Below are positions 32,059 through 42,318 of a stretch of DNA of 64,000 nt, piece after piece. The notes beneath the pieces were generated by a model. That model searched no databases. It saw only the letters and a program-made list of their open reading frames with translations, and was not told the origin of the DNA. A program made the translations under genes and the position numbers. Location: positions 72,027 to 136,026 of the forward strand of contig DATKZS010000140.1 in NCBI GenBank assembly GCA_035527835.1, read 5' to 3'. Numbering within the stretch: position 1 is the first letter of the stretch; the number at the start of each line of letters is the position of its first letter. This stretch comes from a bacterium (GTDB lineage: Bacteria; RBG-13-61-14; DATKZS01).

Positions 32059-32773
32059 CCCCGCCCCCGCCGCCGGCCGCGTCCTGGCCCGCGCCTTCCT
32101 TCTTGTCGGGCCCCAGATCAATCTTGCCGGGACGGTTCCAGGAAGTGGTGCGATGAAGGTTTTCCCGGGCCGGTTTATAAGTCGGATCAATGTCCAGCGC
32201 CGCGCGATAGAATTTCTGCGCCTCCACCCAATCGTTCATGACCTCGAACAAGGCCCCGAGCAGGTTGTAGGCCTCCGGCTTGGCGGGGTCGGCGGCGATG
32301 ACCTTGCGGGCCATTTCCCGGGCCTTGGCGAAGTTCCGGTCCGTGATGTGACGCTTGGTCAACTCGATCAGTGAATCGTAGTCGGTCGCGCTCTCCTCAT
32401 CCAGCGTCTCACGTTCCATCACCAGCGTCGCCAGGTCTCGAATCTCGCCGGGACTGAACGGCTTCTGGATGAAATCCACCGCGCCGAGCTTCATGGCCTC
32501 GACCGCGGACTCAATGGACCCGTGGGCCGTGATTATAACCACCCGTATTGAGGGCCAATCGCCCTTGATCCGGCGCAGGACCTCCATCCCGTCCATTCCC
32601 GGCATTTTCAGATCCAGGAACACCAGCCCGAACCGGCCCCCGCCAAGCTTTTGCAGGGCCTCTTCGCCGTTCACCGCCGTCTCGACCGGCAGGCCCAGGG
32701 GTTCCAATGACTGGGACATGGTCAAACGGATGTTCTTCTCGTCGTCCACTATAAGAATTTGTTTCCTCTCCAT
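32048..32773 (-). CDS. response regulator (REC domain) with C-terminal TPR-like region
   Basis: DDE..D..MP..DG receiver motifs; no DNA-binding output domain. Confidence 0.85.
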   Translation of the reverse strand: MERKQILIVDDEKNIRLTMSQSLEPLGLPVETAVNGEEALQKLGGGRFGLVFLDLKMPGMDGMEVLRRIKGDWPSIRVVIITAHGSIESAVEAMKLGAVDFIQKPFSPGEIRDLATLVMERETLDEESATDYDSLIELTKRHITDRNFAKAREMARKVIAADPAKPEAYNLLGALFEVMNDWVEAQKFYRAALDIDPTYKPARENLHRTTSWNRPGKIDLGPDKKEGAGQDAAGGGGGDEK

Positions 32774-32782
32774 CTTCGCCTC

Positions 32783-34642
32783 CTATTGGGCCGCCGGCAG
32801 GGTGAAAGTGAAAGTGCTGCCTTGGCCGGCGGCGGATTCCACCCAGATCGTTCCGCCGTGAGCGCGCACGATCTCCTTGCAAATGGCGAGGCCAAGGCCC
32901 GTGCCGTCGGTCTCCCGCCCCTTGACCTGCATGAATTTCTGGAAGATCTTGGACTGATATTCCGCGGGGATTCCCGGCCCGTCGTCCCGCACGGACAGGT
33001 GGACGTTCGGCCCGACCCGGAGCGCTGCGAGCCCGATGTGGCCGCCCTTGCCCACATACCGCAGGGCATTGGAAATCAGGTTGGTCAACACCCACGTGAT
33101 CTTGTTGGCGTCCGCGCGAACGCTTGGGACCTCGCCGGCCACCTCCGAGGTGAGCGAGACCTCCTTCACGTCCGCCTGGCCCTTGAAAACCGCCTGGACG
33201 CGCTCGAACAGGGCCGCGACCGGGACGCTCTCGAACTCCATCTCGATCTTGCCCGCCTCTATTTTCGACAGATCGAGCAGGTCATTGACCAGGGACTTCA
33301 TCCGGTGGACTTCCTCGTGGGCCGCGTTGAGCAGCTCCCGGTCCTTGACGGTAAGACCCGGGACCGCATGTTCCAAGAGCAGGTCCACGCTCATGCTCAG
33401 GCTAGTCAGGGGCGTGCGCAGCTCGTGGGAGGCGGCCATGACGAAATCGCTCTTCAGCCGCTCCACCTCTTTGAGGCGGGTCACGTCCCTGAGCAGAAGA
33501 ACCATGCCGGACAGGTTGCGGTCCCTTCCCCGAATGGCCGTGATTGAATACAGGTAGTGCAGGGATTGTTCTCCCCGCGCAAGGGTTATGATCCGTTGCT
33601 CCTCGGGCAGGACGGCTTGAGCTCCGGCCTCGGCGGTCTCGCGGATCAGATCGCAAACATTGGAATCGGGGAAGATGTCCGCGCACTGCAGCGTGGAGAC
33701 CTCGGTCAGCTCCAAATCCAGCATCCGCCGCGCGGCGGGATTGATGCCGGTCACCTTGAGCTTGGCGTCGAAAACCATCAGGCCGTCCCCGATGCTGGCG
33801 AGGATCGCCTCGCCTTTGTTTCTTTCCGAGACGATCTGATCAATGTCCATCTCGTGATAACGGCTGAGCTGGGTGGCCATGCGGTTGAATTCCTCGGCCA
33901 GGCGGCCCAGCTCATCGCCGGTTTCCACGGGCACCTCCACGCCATAGTCGCCCGAGGAAATCCGCCGCGAAGCCTCCATGAAGCGCCGGATCGGCCCGAC
34001 GATCCGCTCCACGATAAACAAGCTGAATCCGAGGGCAACTATCAACGCCGATCCGGCCACCAGCGAAGTGGACCAGATGGCGCGCCGGGCCACGTCGCCG
34101 GCCCTCGTGCTGGCCGAGTACATGGTCTTCTCGTTGAGATTGCGCAGGCCGATGCACTCCTCGCGCACCTTGGCAAAAGGGGGGTAGAACGCCTCATAAT
34201 AATATGAAGGCCTCAAAGCCGGCTGCCCCCCGCCGCTCGAATCGGCCAAGGTAAAAAATTGCCGCCGATAGGCCTCGTAATCCGTATTGATGGAATGCAC
34301 CAGTTCCGCCTCGCCCTTAATTGTAATGTTGTCCTTGGCACGCGCCAGCCATTCCAGAAAGTCCGCTTCGCTTTCATGTAATTGCGCGGTCCCTTTCTCC
34401 CGGTCGCCCAGGAACACGAGCAGGACCCCGCTGTCCTGTCGTTCCAGCGCGTCCACCATATTTTCCGCGGCCAGAATGCTCCGGTAGTTCTCGCTCAAGA
34501 TCGCGTCGCTCGCCTTGCCCAGGGACACCAGATTTGACACCGCCCACGCCACCACCAACCCCATCAGGGCAAAAGCGACGCCGTATCCGAGCAATATTTT
34601 CTTTTTTAACGTCATGAAAATAGGGGCATATTTGCGGCCCAT
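32783..34642 (-). CDS. sensor histidine kinase (HAMP-PAS-HisKA-HATPase)
   Basis: H-box ASHELRTPL; N and G boxes (GLGLAICK..). Confidence 0.88.
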   Translation of the reverse strand: MGRKYAPIFMTLKKKILLGYGVAFALMGLVVAWAVSNLVSLGKASDAILSENYRSILAAENMVDALERQDSGVLLVFLGDREKGTAQLHESEADFLEWLARAKDNITIKGEAELVHSINTDYEAYRRQFFTLADSSGGGQPALRPSYYYEAFYPPFAKVREECIGLRNLNEKTMYSASTRAGDVARRAIWSTSLVAGSALIVALGFSLFIVERIVGPIRRFMEASRRISSGDYGVEVPVETGDELGRLAEEFNRMATQLSRYHEMDIDQIVSERNKGEAILASIGDGLMVFDAKLKVTGINPAARRMLDLELTEVSTLQCADIFPDSNVCDLIRETAEAGAQAVLPEEQRIITLARGEQSLHYLYSITAIRGRDRNLSGMVLLLRDVTRLKEVERLKSDFVMAASHELRTPLTSLSMSVDLLLEHAVPGLTVKDRELLNAAHEEVHRMKSLVNDLLDLSKIEAGKIEMEFESVPVAALFERVQAVFKGQADVKEVSLTSEVAGEVPSVRADANKITWVLTNLISNALRYVGKGGHIGLAALRVGPNVHLSVRDDGPGIPAEYQSKIFQKFMQVKGRETDGTGLGLAICKEIVRAHGGTIWVESAAGQGSTFTFTLPAAQ

Positions 34643-34894
34643 CCGGGCCTATCCATGCCATTCAGTCTCATTGAATATCATCCTCCTCACCAGAGTGCAA
34701 CCAACTTACGAGTTTGTCAACGTGTTATAAAGCATGGGTCCAGCCTGCTCCGCAATCGCGAACGCGGGCTCGATGCCCCCATAACAAGAGGCGCCAAGAA
34801 CCATTGGGCGCGGGACGTTGTCTGATCCTTGTCCCGCCACGCGGGGTATGATAATCTTGAGATCGGTCTTCGGACCGGAAGAACGAATCAGCTT

Positions 34895-36265
34895 ATGGAT
34901 AGAGTTCCTCCCCATAACCTCGAAGCCGAGCGCGCGGTGCTGGCCGCCGTGCTCCTGGAAAACCAGGCCCTGGTCACCGTCATGGAGATGCTGGAGCCGG
35001 ACGATTTCTATCTGGACGCGCACCGGGTCATTTTCAGCAGCATGCAGGAGATGTTCAACAAGGGCATGCCGGTGGACCTGATCACGCTGGCCGACCATCT
35101 GCAGGCCACGGCCCGGCTGGAGCAGGTGGGCGGCCCGGCCGCGGTGTCGGCCCTGGGCGGCCTGGTCAGCACCGCGGCCAACGTGGGCCACTGGGCGGGG
35201 ATTGTCAAGGACAAGTCGCTGCTTCGACGCCTGGTCAACGAAACCACCGGGCTCATCACCGAGGCCTACGGCGAGCCCGAGGAGGTCGAGGAATTCCTGG
35301 ACCGCGCGGAAGGCAAGATCATCGAGATCTCCGCCCGCCAGACCAAGAGCACCTATCAGCCCATCGCCACCCTGGTCAACCAGAGCTTCCGCGTCCTGGA
35401 AAAAATGTACGACGGCGAGTGGGAGCTGGTGGGCGTCCCCTCCGGCTTCAAGGACCTGGACAAGCTCACCACCGGCTTTCAGAAGGGCGACCTGATCATC
35501 ATCGCGGGAAGGCCCTCAATGGGCAAGACCGCGCTGGCCATAGACATCATCCTGCACGCCGCGGTGGAAGCCGAGAAGACCGTGGCCTTTTTTTCCCTGG
35601 AAATGGGCTCCAACCAGGTGGTCATGCGCATGTTGAGCTCCATCGGCCGCATCAACTCCAATTCCATCCGCATGGGCAACGTGCGCCCGCTGTGGAAGCA
35701 GATCACCAACGCCGCCGGCACGCTCGGCCAGGCCAAGATTTTCGTTGACGACAGTTCCAGCCTCTCCGGGCTCGAAGTCAAGGCCAAGGCCCGCCGGATC
35801 AAGGCCGAGCACGGACTCGACCTCGTGGTCGTTGACTACCTCCAGCTCCTCCGCGGCTCCGGCTTCAGAAAGGGCAGAGACAGCCGCGAGCAGGAGATCG
35901 CCGAGATTTCCCGGTCCCTGAAGGGCATGGCCAAGGAGCTGGACATTCCGGTGATCGCGCTCTCCCAGCTCAACCGCGCGCCGGAGGCCCGGGAAAAGGG
36001 CGAGCCGCGGCTTAGCGACCTGCGCGAGTCCGGGTCGCTGGAGCAGGACGCGGACCTGGTCATGCTGATCCATCGGCCCGGCGTGTACGAGAAAAAGGAA
36101 GAGGGCCATGAAGCGGATGACCGGCTGACCCGGCTCAAGATCGAGAAGCAAAGGAACGGACCCACCGGCGTCGTGGACCTGGTCTTCATCAAGGAGTACA
36201 CCAGGTTCGAGGCCATGGAGGGCCGCTACGACGAGTCGGCCGTCCCCGGCGACGTGCCGTTTTAA
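34895..36265 (+). CDS. dnaB: replicative DNA helicase DnaB
   Basis: N-terminal LEAERAVL motif, Walker A GRPSMGKT, DnaB C-terminal motifs. Confidence 0.9.
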   Translation: MDRVPPHNLEAERAVLAAVLLENQALVTVMEMLEPDDFYLDAHRVIFSSMQEMFNKGMPVDLITLADHLQATARLEQVGGPAAVSALGGLVSTAANVGHWAGIVKDKSLLRRLVNETTGLITEAYGEPEEVEEFLDRAEGKIIEISARQTKSTYQPIATLVNQSFRVLEKMYDGEWELVGVPSGFKDLDKLTTGFQKGDLIIIAGRPSMGKTALAIDIILHAAVEAEKTVAFFSLEMGSNQVVMRMLSSIGRINSNSIRMGNVRPLWKQITNAAGTLGQAKIFVDDSSSLSGLEVKAKARRIKAEHGLDLVVVDYLQLLRGSGFRKGRDSREQEIAEISRSLKGMAKELDIPVIALSQLNRAPEAREKGEPRLSDLRESGSLEQDADLVMLIHRPGVYEKKEEGHEADDRLTRLKIEKQRNGPTGVVDLVFIKEYTRFEAMEGRYDESAVPGDVPF

Positions 36266-36266
36266 G

Positions 36267-36348
36267 AAAGGAAAAAGTAAAAAGTAAAAAGGCAAAAAGC
36301 GGCCTCGGAACCATATTTTTTCCTTTTGCCTTTTTACTTTTTACTTTT
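36267..36348. terminator. word-repeat hairpin (AAAAGTAA words)
   Basis: aaaggaaaaagtaaaaagtaaaaaggcaaaaag ... tttccttttgcctttttactttttacttt. Confidence 0.7.
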
Positions 36349-36364
36349 AAAGAGGAAGAAGAAA

Positions 36365-37726
36365 GTGAATAGAGGATATGTGCGCAGCGGCTCAAAGCTC
36401 TTGTGGAAAATGGCGGTTCTGTTGGCGCTGATCATCTTTGTTCCCGAGGCTTGGGGCCAGGACGAATACGAGTTCATCCCGATCATCAAGAAGTCCACCC
36501 GGACGCGGGTGGCGGTCCCGGACTTCCATCCGGCCAGGCAGCTCCCGGCCAATGATCCGGCGTCGCCCAAGCTCACCCGGGCGCTCCGGGACACCGTGGA
36601 CATGACCGGGCTCCTCGAGCTGATCCCGCCCGACTCCTACCCCGGCGCGGGTCTGCCCGGCGAAAAGGAAAACCTCGCCGCCTGGAAGCTCATCAACGCC
36701 GACCTCTTGATCCGCGGCGACGTCGCGCGCGTCGGCGAGAAACGTTACCAGGTCGAGTTCCGCTGCTATGACTTGAAGCAGGACCGCATGGTCCTGGGCA
36801 AGCGCTACACCGGAGGGTCCGAGCTGTTCAACCGCATGGTCCTCAAATACATGGACGAGCTGCTCTACTGGCTCACCGGCCGGAAGAGCGCGCTCGATTC
36901 CCGTATCGCCTACGTCTCCGACCAGACCGGGAGGAATGAGATCCGGATGATGGACACGGATGGCGGCAACAGCCAGGCCGTGACCGGCAATAAAACGCTG
37001 AATCTTAGTCCCGCGTGGTCACCCGACGGCCGCTACCTGCTCTACGTTGGCTACCGCGACCGCAACCCGGACCTTTACATCCGCGACGTGGAGAGCACCA
37101 AGGACACCAAGTTCTACAGCGCGTCGGGCCTTAACATCGCGGGCGAGTTCAGCCCGGACGGCCGCTGGATCGCGTTTTGCCGGGAGGACAGGGACGCCAA
37201 CGTTGACGTTTACGTGATCAGCCGGGAGGGGCGCGACCTGCGCCGCATCACCACTTCCGCCGCCATCGACGTCTCGCCCACCTGGTCGCCCGACGGCAAG
37301 CTCATGGCCTTTGTCTCCGACCGCGTCGGCACGCCCCAGATTTACCTGCTCGACCTGACCCGCGGCGCCGAGGGGCCCAATAACCCCGCCGTTCGCCTGA
37401 CCTACGAAGGCAGCTATAACTCCTCGCCCGCCTGGTCGCCCGACGGGCGCTACATCGCCTACACCGGCCGGGTCGGCGGACAGTTCGACCTCTTCCTGAT
37501 CGAGATGGGCGGACAGGGCCGGCCGGTCAAGCGCCTTACCGCGACCGTTGCCAACGAGGAAGACCCGGCATGGTCGCCCGACGGCCGCTTCCTCGCCTAC
37601 GATTCCACTGAAAGCGGAAATTATGATATATACATCAGAAGCATCTACGGCGGAACGCCGAGAAGGATCACGTCATTGGCGGCCAAGGAGCGGATGCCCG
37701 CGTGGTCGCCCAAGTCCGAACCGTGA
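36365..37726 (+). CDS. tolB: TolB periplasmic beta-propeller protein
   Basis: Repeated WSPDG blades (PAWSPDGR x5); start uncertain between GTG 36365 and a downstream ATG. Confidence 0.85.
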   Translation: MNRGYVRSGSKLLWKMAVLLALIIFVPEAWGQDEYEFIPIIKKSTRTRVAVPDFHPARQLPANDPASPKLTRALRDTVDMTGLLELIPPDSYPGAGLPGEKENLAAWKLINADLLIRGDVARVGEKRYQVEFRCYDLKQDRMVLGKRYTGGSELFNRMVLKYMDELLYWLTGRKSALDSRIAYVSDQTGRNEIRMMDTDGGNSQAVTGNKTLNLSPAWSPDGRYLLYVGYRDRNPDLYIRDVESTKDTKFYSASGLNIAGEFSPDGRWIAFCREDRDANVDVYVISREGRDLRRITTSAAIDVSPTWSPDGKLMAFVSDRVGTPQIYLLDLTRGAEGPNNPAVRLTYEGSYNSSPAWSPDGRYIAYTGRVGGQFDLFLIEMGGQGRPVKRLTATVANEEDPAWSPDGRFLAYDSTESGNYDIYIRSIYGGTPRRITSLAAKERMPAWSPKSEP

Positions 37727-37748
37727 GGGCAAGAAGGAGGGTTTTCAA

Positions 37749-38492
37749 ATGATAAGGAAGCGTTATGGATGGTTGGCCATGTTGTGCGTGCTCTACGTGG
37801 GGATGATGGGGGCCGGAAGCTGCGGCAAGAAGGCCCTTACCGCCATCGGCGACGCCAAGACCGCGGTGGAGCAGGCCCGCGAGGCGGACGCGCCGCAGTG
37901 GGCTTCGCAGCAGTTCCAGTCGGCGGAGGACAGCCTTGCCCTCGCCCAGCAGCAGTACGACAAGTACCAGTTCAAGAAGTCCGAGAACACCGCTCTGCTT
38001 GCCGAGACCAAGGCCAGGGAGGCCCTCGAGCTGGCCATGAAGCATAAAGAGGATGACGAGGAGCGGCTGGCCCGGGAAGCGGAGGAGGCCGCGCGTCTGG
38101 CCCGCTCCAGCATCTTCGACACCGACGTGGGCGATACCACTGTTTACGACGAGGCCATGGCCGCGCTCCACGACGTGCATTTTGAATTCGACTCGCCCGG
38201 CCTCTCCGACGCGGCGCAGAGCATCCTGGCCATAAACGCGGACTGGCTAGCCAAGCATCCCGCGGTCAAGGTCGAGATTGAGGGCCACTGCGACGAGCGC
38301 GGCACCGACGAGTACAACCTGGCGCTCGGCGCTAAAAGGGCCAAGGCCGTGTACGACGCCATGGTCAAGCTGGGCATTGACGAATCCCGGATGCGCACCA
38401 TCAGCTACGGCGAGTCCGTGCCCGTGGACCAGGGCCATACCGAAGAGGCATGGGCCAGGAACCGCCGCGCCCACTTCGCCATCATCCGTTAG
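37749..38492 (+). CDS. pal: peptidoglycan-associated lipoprotein (OmpA-family)
   Basis: Lipobox GSCG; OmpA-like domain (GHCDERGT.EYNLALG..RA); follows tolB. Confidence 0.85.
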   Translation: MIRKRYGWLAMLCVLYVGMMGAGSCGKKALTAIGDAKTAVEQAREADAPQWASQQFQSAEDSLALAQQQYDKYQFKKSENTALLAETKAREALELAMKHKEDDEERLAREAEEAARLARSSIFDTDVGDTTVYDEAMAALHDVHFEFDSPGLSDAAQSILAINADWLAKHPAVKVEIEGHCDERGTDEYNLALGAKRAKAVYDAMVKLGIDESRMRTISYGESVPVDQGHTEEAWARNRRAHFAIIR

Positions 38493-38522
38493 CGGCGATC
38501 TTCTTCAGGCTCAGATCAGCAG

Positions 38523-38549
38523 GGGCAGGCCCGGCTTGCCCCTGCTTGT
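38523..38549 (+). terminator. GC-rich stem-loop after pal
   Basis: agcaggggcaggcc-cg-gcttgcccctgct, 31 nt after the pal stop. Confidence 0.55.
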
Positions 38550-38578
38550 TACATTCCGGCAATCGTCACGATGTTATT

Positions 38579-38648
38579 AAACACAACGGCACAACGGCAC
38601 AACGACAATTTTGATGTTTTATTCGTTGTATCGTTGTGCCGTTGTGTT
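38579..38648. terminator. word-repeat hairpin (CACAACGG words)
   Basis: aacacaacggcacaacggcacaacgacaa ... ttgtatcgttgtgccgttgtgtt. Confidence 0.7.
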
Positions 38649-38666
38649 AAAAAAATTCCGCGTTCC

Positions 38667-39416
38667 TCACTCCTCGTCCACTCCCGGCTTCACCGGCCCC
38701 GCCGCGGCCAGATAGATGGAGGTCTCGGATTCGCCGTCAACGCCCAGGAGCGCGTTCATTTCATCGTCAAAGAACGCCCCGATCGGGCAAAAACCCAGGC
38801 CCAGGACGGTGGCCGCGAGCGCGGCGTTTTGGCAGATGTGCCCGGCGTCCAGGTAAATGTAGCGCCAACCCCGCTGCGCGTACTTGTACTGGCACCGGTC
38901 CTTCACCGCCGTCCACACGAACACCGCCGCGGCCCGGCCGCACATGCCCTGGCCCAGCGCCGCTTCCGAGATCTCCCGCCCGTAATCGCCCTCCCGCACC
39001 GCCTCCAGGGCCGTGCGCCGGACGTTGTAATGGTACACGCCCGGCAAAACGTCGCTCACGCGGTTAATCACCAGGTACATCTCCACCGGGTAGAGCCCGC
39101 CGGCGGACGGGGCCGTGCGCAGGATCAGCTTACCGGCCTTGGCCGTGCGGCCCTGCGCCGCGAAAACCAGGAGCGAAAGCGCGGAAAGACTCATGGGCTC
39201 GTCGGTAAAGGCCCGCCGCGAGCGCCGCTCCGCCAGCGCCCGCCACAGCGACCCTTCCGGCAGCTCCGCGACCCCGAGCGGAACCAGCCGCGCGCCCGGG
39301 TACTCCTTGAACGGCTCCGCTCTCTGTGCCGGCCGGGCGCCGCCGCCGGTCAGGCCGGAACGGGAATACCGGGTCAGCTCCTGGAACCTGTCGCCGATGT
39401 AATCGTCATTCTTCAT
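38667..39416 (-). CDS. SagB-type dehydrogenase / nitroreductase-family protein
   Basis: 249 aa; nitroreductase-like motifs (RRSRRAF, GGLYP, GW.YIY.DAG). Confidence 0.75.
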   Translation of the reverse strand: MKNDDYIGDRFQELTRYSRSGLTGGGARPAQRAEPFKEYPGARLVPLGVAELPEGSLWRALAERRSRRAFTDEPMSLSALSLLVFAAQGRTAKAGKLILRTAPSAGGLYPVEMYLVINRVSDVLPGVYHYNVRRTALEAVREGDYGREISEAALGQGMCGRAAAVFVWTAVKDRCQYKYAQRGWRYIYLDAGHICQNAALAATVLGLGFCPIGAFFDDEMNALLGVDGESETSIYLAAAGPVKPGVDEE

Positions 39417-39436
39417 GGCCGCCTCTGTTTAGAAAA

Positions 39437-39466
39437 ATAGTAGCCAGTAGACAGTAGCAAGTAGCC
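39437..39466. repeat. solo arm of the CAGTAGC word family
   Basis: gtagccagtagacagtagcaagtagccag; related to the 59243-59320 hairpin. Confidence 0.5.
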
Positions 39467-39488
39467 AGGGAAGAGGGTCATGGGTGTT

Positions 39489-39551
39489 GAAAGAGGATCG
39501 AGGATCGAGAAGCGAGGGGCCCGGAAAATTCCCTCGATCCTCTTCCCTCTT
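39489..39551. terminator. word-repeat hairpin (GATCGAGG words)
   Basis: aaagaggatcgaggatcgagaagcgaggg ... ccctcgatcctcttccctctt. Confidence 0.65.
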
Positions 39552-39579
39552 TATGCTGTCAGGGCGTCGCCGCCACTTT

Positions 39580-42105
39580 CTATTTGGTCTGCCCCATTTC
39601 CGCTTCCGGGGCCCTGCCGCCGGCCCAGTTGTCGAGCTTGATTTCCTTGGCCGCGCCGGTGTGCTTGTCGGAAGCGGAGACGGTGAAGAGGCCGCTCTGG
39701 TCAATGTCGAAGCGGACCTCGATCTCGGGCCGGCCGCGGCGGGCCTTCTCGATGCCGTCGAGCACGAACTCGCCGAGCGGCGTGTTCTCCTTGGCATACA
39801 GGCCCTCGCCCTGCATCACGGTGATGCGGATGCGGTCCTGGTTGTCGGTGCAGGTCGTGAAAATCTGGGTCGCGCGCGCGGGCAGCTTGGAAAAGCGCCT
39901 GACGATGGGCACGAAGTGGCCGCCGAAATGCGCGATGCCCACGGTCTGCGAGAGCACGTCGAGCAGCACCGGCGCGTCCACCATCCCGCGCGCCGCCGCC
40001 TTTTCAGCGGAGGCCGGAGGCGGGGCCGGGGGAGCGCCCAGGTCCCGAATGATCGGACCGGCCGCCACCGGATGGTCATCAAAATGCCCGCCCTCGGCCG
40101 CGGCGGGAGGACCGGACGGCTGCGGCGGCTCCGGCTCCTCTACGGCCGGAAGCTCATCGCCGGCGCCCTCGAACTCGGCGGGCTCCTGGTCAAAAATTTC
40201 GCCGCCCGCCGCTTCTTCGACCGGCATTTCCAGGGGCGCCGGGGCCTCGTCGGCCGCGGCCAGTTCCACCGGCGCCTCTTGCTCCAAGCTGTCGCGCTCA
40301 AAAGGTGTTTCCACCGTCTGGGCGGGCTGGACTCTCTCGACCCATTCGCGGGGGGCGGGCGCGAGGCCGGTCACCGTGGGCGGCGGCTCGGGAGGAGAAG
40401 GCGATGATGGCGGCATGAAAAATTCGTCAAGGCCGGAGGGGGCCGCGTCCGCGGCGGCTACGGAATGGGAGGCCGGCGCATACGTTTCCTCATCCGGCGC
40501 CACTAATTCCTCGGTAACTTCCTCGCTAACGGCCTCGGCCTCCAAAGGCTCGGGCAGCTCGGCTTCCTCGCCGGACCATTCGTCTCCCGTCTCCACGACC
40601 TCGGCCAGCGGCGCTTCCGGCGTTTCCGGCGTCGGCGGCATGGCAGAGGCGCGGTCGCGGTCCATGGGCAGTCTGGTGTCGGCGTTTTTTTCCAGGGGCA
40701 GGGTCTCGGCATGATAGTCGGGCGCGCGGCGCGGCGGCGCCGGCGCGGGAGGCGGCGCCATCCCGGGAGGTGGTGGGGCGGGGGCCTTGGGCTCGACCAC
40801 CGGTTGCGCCACCGGGAATCCGGGTGTGGTCAGGGACTGGTCATAAGATGCGCCGGGCCGGGTCGCGTCCTGGCCGATTCCCGGCTGGGTGGCTTCGGGC
40901 AAGGGCGCGGCCATGGGCAAGGGCGCGCCCACGGCCACCCGCTCCGGGCGTTTTCTGAGGAGCTTCTCGCCGGAGATGGACGCGGCGTGAATGGCCGCGC
41001 CCACGGCCACGGACTCGTCGGGGTGGAGCGAGCAGTCGGGCTCGCGCCCGTAAAATTCCGCGACCGTCCGGCGGACCAGGGGCATGCGGGTCATGCCGCC
41101 GACCATCACCAGGTTGTCAATGTCGGGCCGGCCCATCCCGATTTCCTTGAGCAGCCGCTCGAAGATGATCACCGGCTTCTCGACCAGGTCGCGCACCATG
41201 CCCTCATACTGCTCCCGGGTGATGACGGCCTCGATCCCGGCCCAGCGGTTCAGGTCCGGGCAGATGGCGGGCAGGTTGATCTCGACCTCGTCCTTGTCGG
41301 AGAGCGCGATCTTGGTCCGCTCCGCCGCGTCCTTCACCCGCTGGTGCGCCATCTTGTCGTTGAAGATGTTGATCTGGAACTTCTGCTTGAAATCCTCCAC
41401 CAGAAAATCCACCAGGCGGTTGTCAAAGTCCTCGCCGCCCAGCCATGAGTCCCCGTCGGTGGCGATCACCTCGAACACGCCCTGCCCGATGGCCAGGATG
41501 GAGAGGTCAAAGGTCCCGCCGCCCAGGTCGAAGATGGCTATGGTCTGTTCCTCGTCCTGGTCAAAGCCATAGGCCAGGGCCGCGGCGGTCGGCTCGTTGA
41601 TGAGCTTGACCACGTCGAGCCCGATCATGGTGCCGGCCTCGCGGGTGGCCTTTCTTTGCGGGTCCGTGAAATACGCGGGCACGGTGATGACCACGCGCTT
41701 GATGTCCTGGCCGATGGTCTTCTTGCCGATCCGGGTCAGGTACTTCAGGATGATGGCGCCCACCTCGGTCGGGTCCAGCTCCTTGTCCCGGCCCTTGACC
41801 TTGATCCCGCCGTCCGGCCCCTTGAGAATGTCAAAGCCGAAATACTGCCGGGCCTTCTGGACCTCGGGATCATCGAACCGCCGGCCGATCAGACGCTTGG
41901 TGGCCCAGATGGTGCTGTAGGGGTCGCTGATCACCTCGTTCTTGGCCTGCGGACCCACCAGGATCCTCCCGTCCTCCATGACGTGGATGTAAGAAGGGGT
42001 GACGCGGTTGCCCCGGCTGTCCGGCGCCACCACCGGCTCGCCGTCAACCACCACGGCGAGGCAACTGGTGGAGGTCCCCAGGTCTATCCCCACGATCCGG
42101 TCCAT
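39580..42105 (-). CDS. atypical Hsp70-family protein (NBD + about 330-aa Pro/Ala/Glu-rich insert + SBD-beta, no lid)
   Basis: N-terminus IGIDLGTSTS... is the Hsp70 ATPase. C-terminus VLLDVLSQTVGIAHFGG...FDIDQSGLFTVSASDKHTG matches the DnaK SBD-beta. ORF ends about 20 aa later. Confidence 0.75.
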   Translation of the reverse strand: MDRIVGIDLGTSTSCLAVVVDGEPVVAPDSRGNRVTPSYIHVMEDGRILVGPQAKNEVISDPYSTIWATKRLIGRRFDDPEVQKARQYFGFDILKGPDGGIKVKGRDKELDPTEVGAIILKYLTRIGKKTIGQDIKRVVITVPAYFTDPQRKATREAGTMIGLDVVKLINEPTAAALAYGFDQDEEQTIAIFDLGGGTFDLSILAIGQGVFEVIATDGDSWLGGEDFDNRLVDFLVEDFKQKFQINIFNDKMAHQRVKDAAERTKIALSDKDEVEINLPAICPDLNRWAGIEAVITREQYEGMVRDLVEKPVIIFERLLKEIGMGRPDIDNLVMVGGMTRMPLVRRTVAEFYGREPDCSLHPDESVAVGAAIHAASISGEKLLRKRPERVAVGAPLPMAAPLPEATQPGIGQDATRPGASYDQSLTTPGFPVAQPVVEPKAPAPPPPGMAPPPAPAPPRRAPDYHAETLPLEKNADTRLPMDRDRASAMPPTPETPEAPLAEVVETGDEWSGEEAELPEPLEAEAVSEEVTEELVAPDEETYAPASHSVAAADAAPSGLDEFFMPPSSPSPPEPPPTVTGLAPAPREWVERVQPAQTVETPFERDSLEQEAPVELAAADEAPAPLEMPVEEAAGGEIFDQEPAEFEGAGDELPAVEEPEPPQPSGPPAAAEGGHFDDHPVAAGPIIRDLGAPPAPPPASAEKAAARGMVDAPVLLDVLSQTVGIAHFGGHFVPIVRRFSKLPARATQIFTTCTDNQDRIRITVMQGEGLYAKENTPLGEFVLDGIEKARRGRPEIEVRFDIDQSGLFTVSASDKHTGAAKEIKLDNWAGGRAPEAEMGQTK

Positions 42106-42318
42106 GTCCGATCCTCCGTTTCGCCGCCGGCGCCCATCATCCGCGCCGGCCGGGTAATGCTGGACGCAACGACTTACCTATTGTAGCCGGGTTAGCGGGC
42201 CGGATGCAACGGGCCGGGAAAATCAGGATTCGGCCCTCTTCCGAATGTCGGCGCAAGGCTCCCACACTCCGAACCGGCCTTTGCGGGGGATGAACTCGAT
42301 AGGGCTTGAGCGCTTCCA

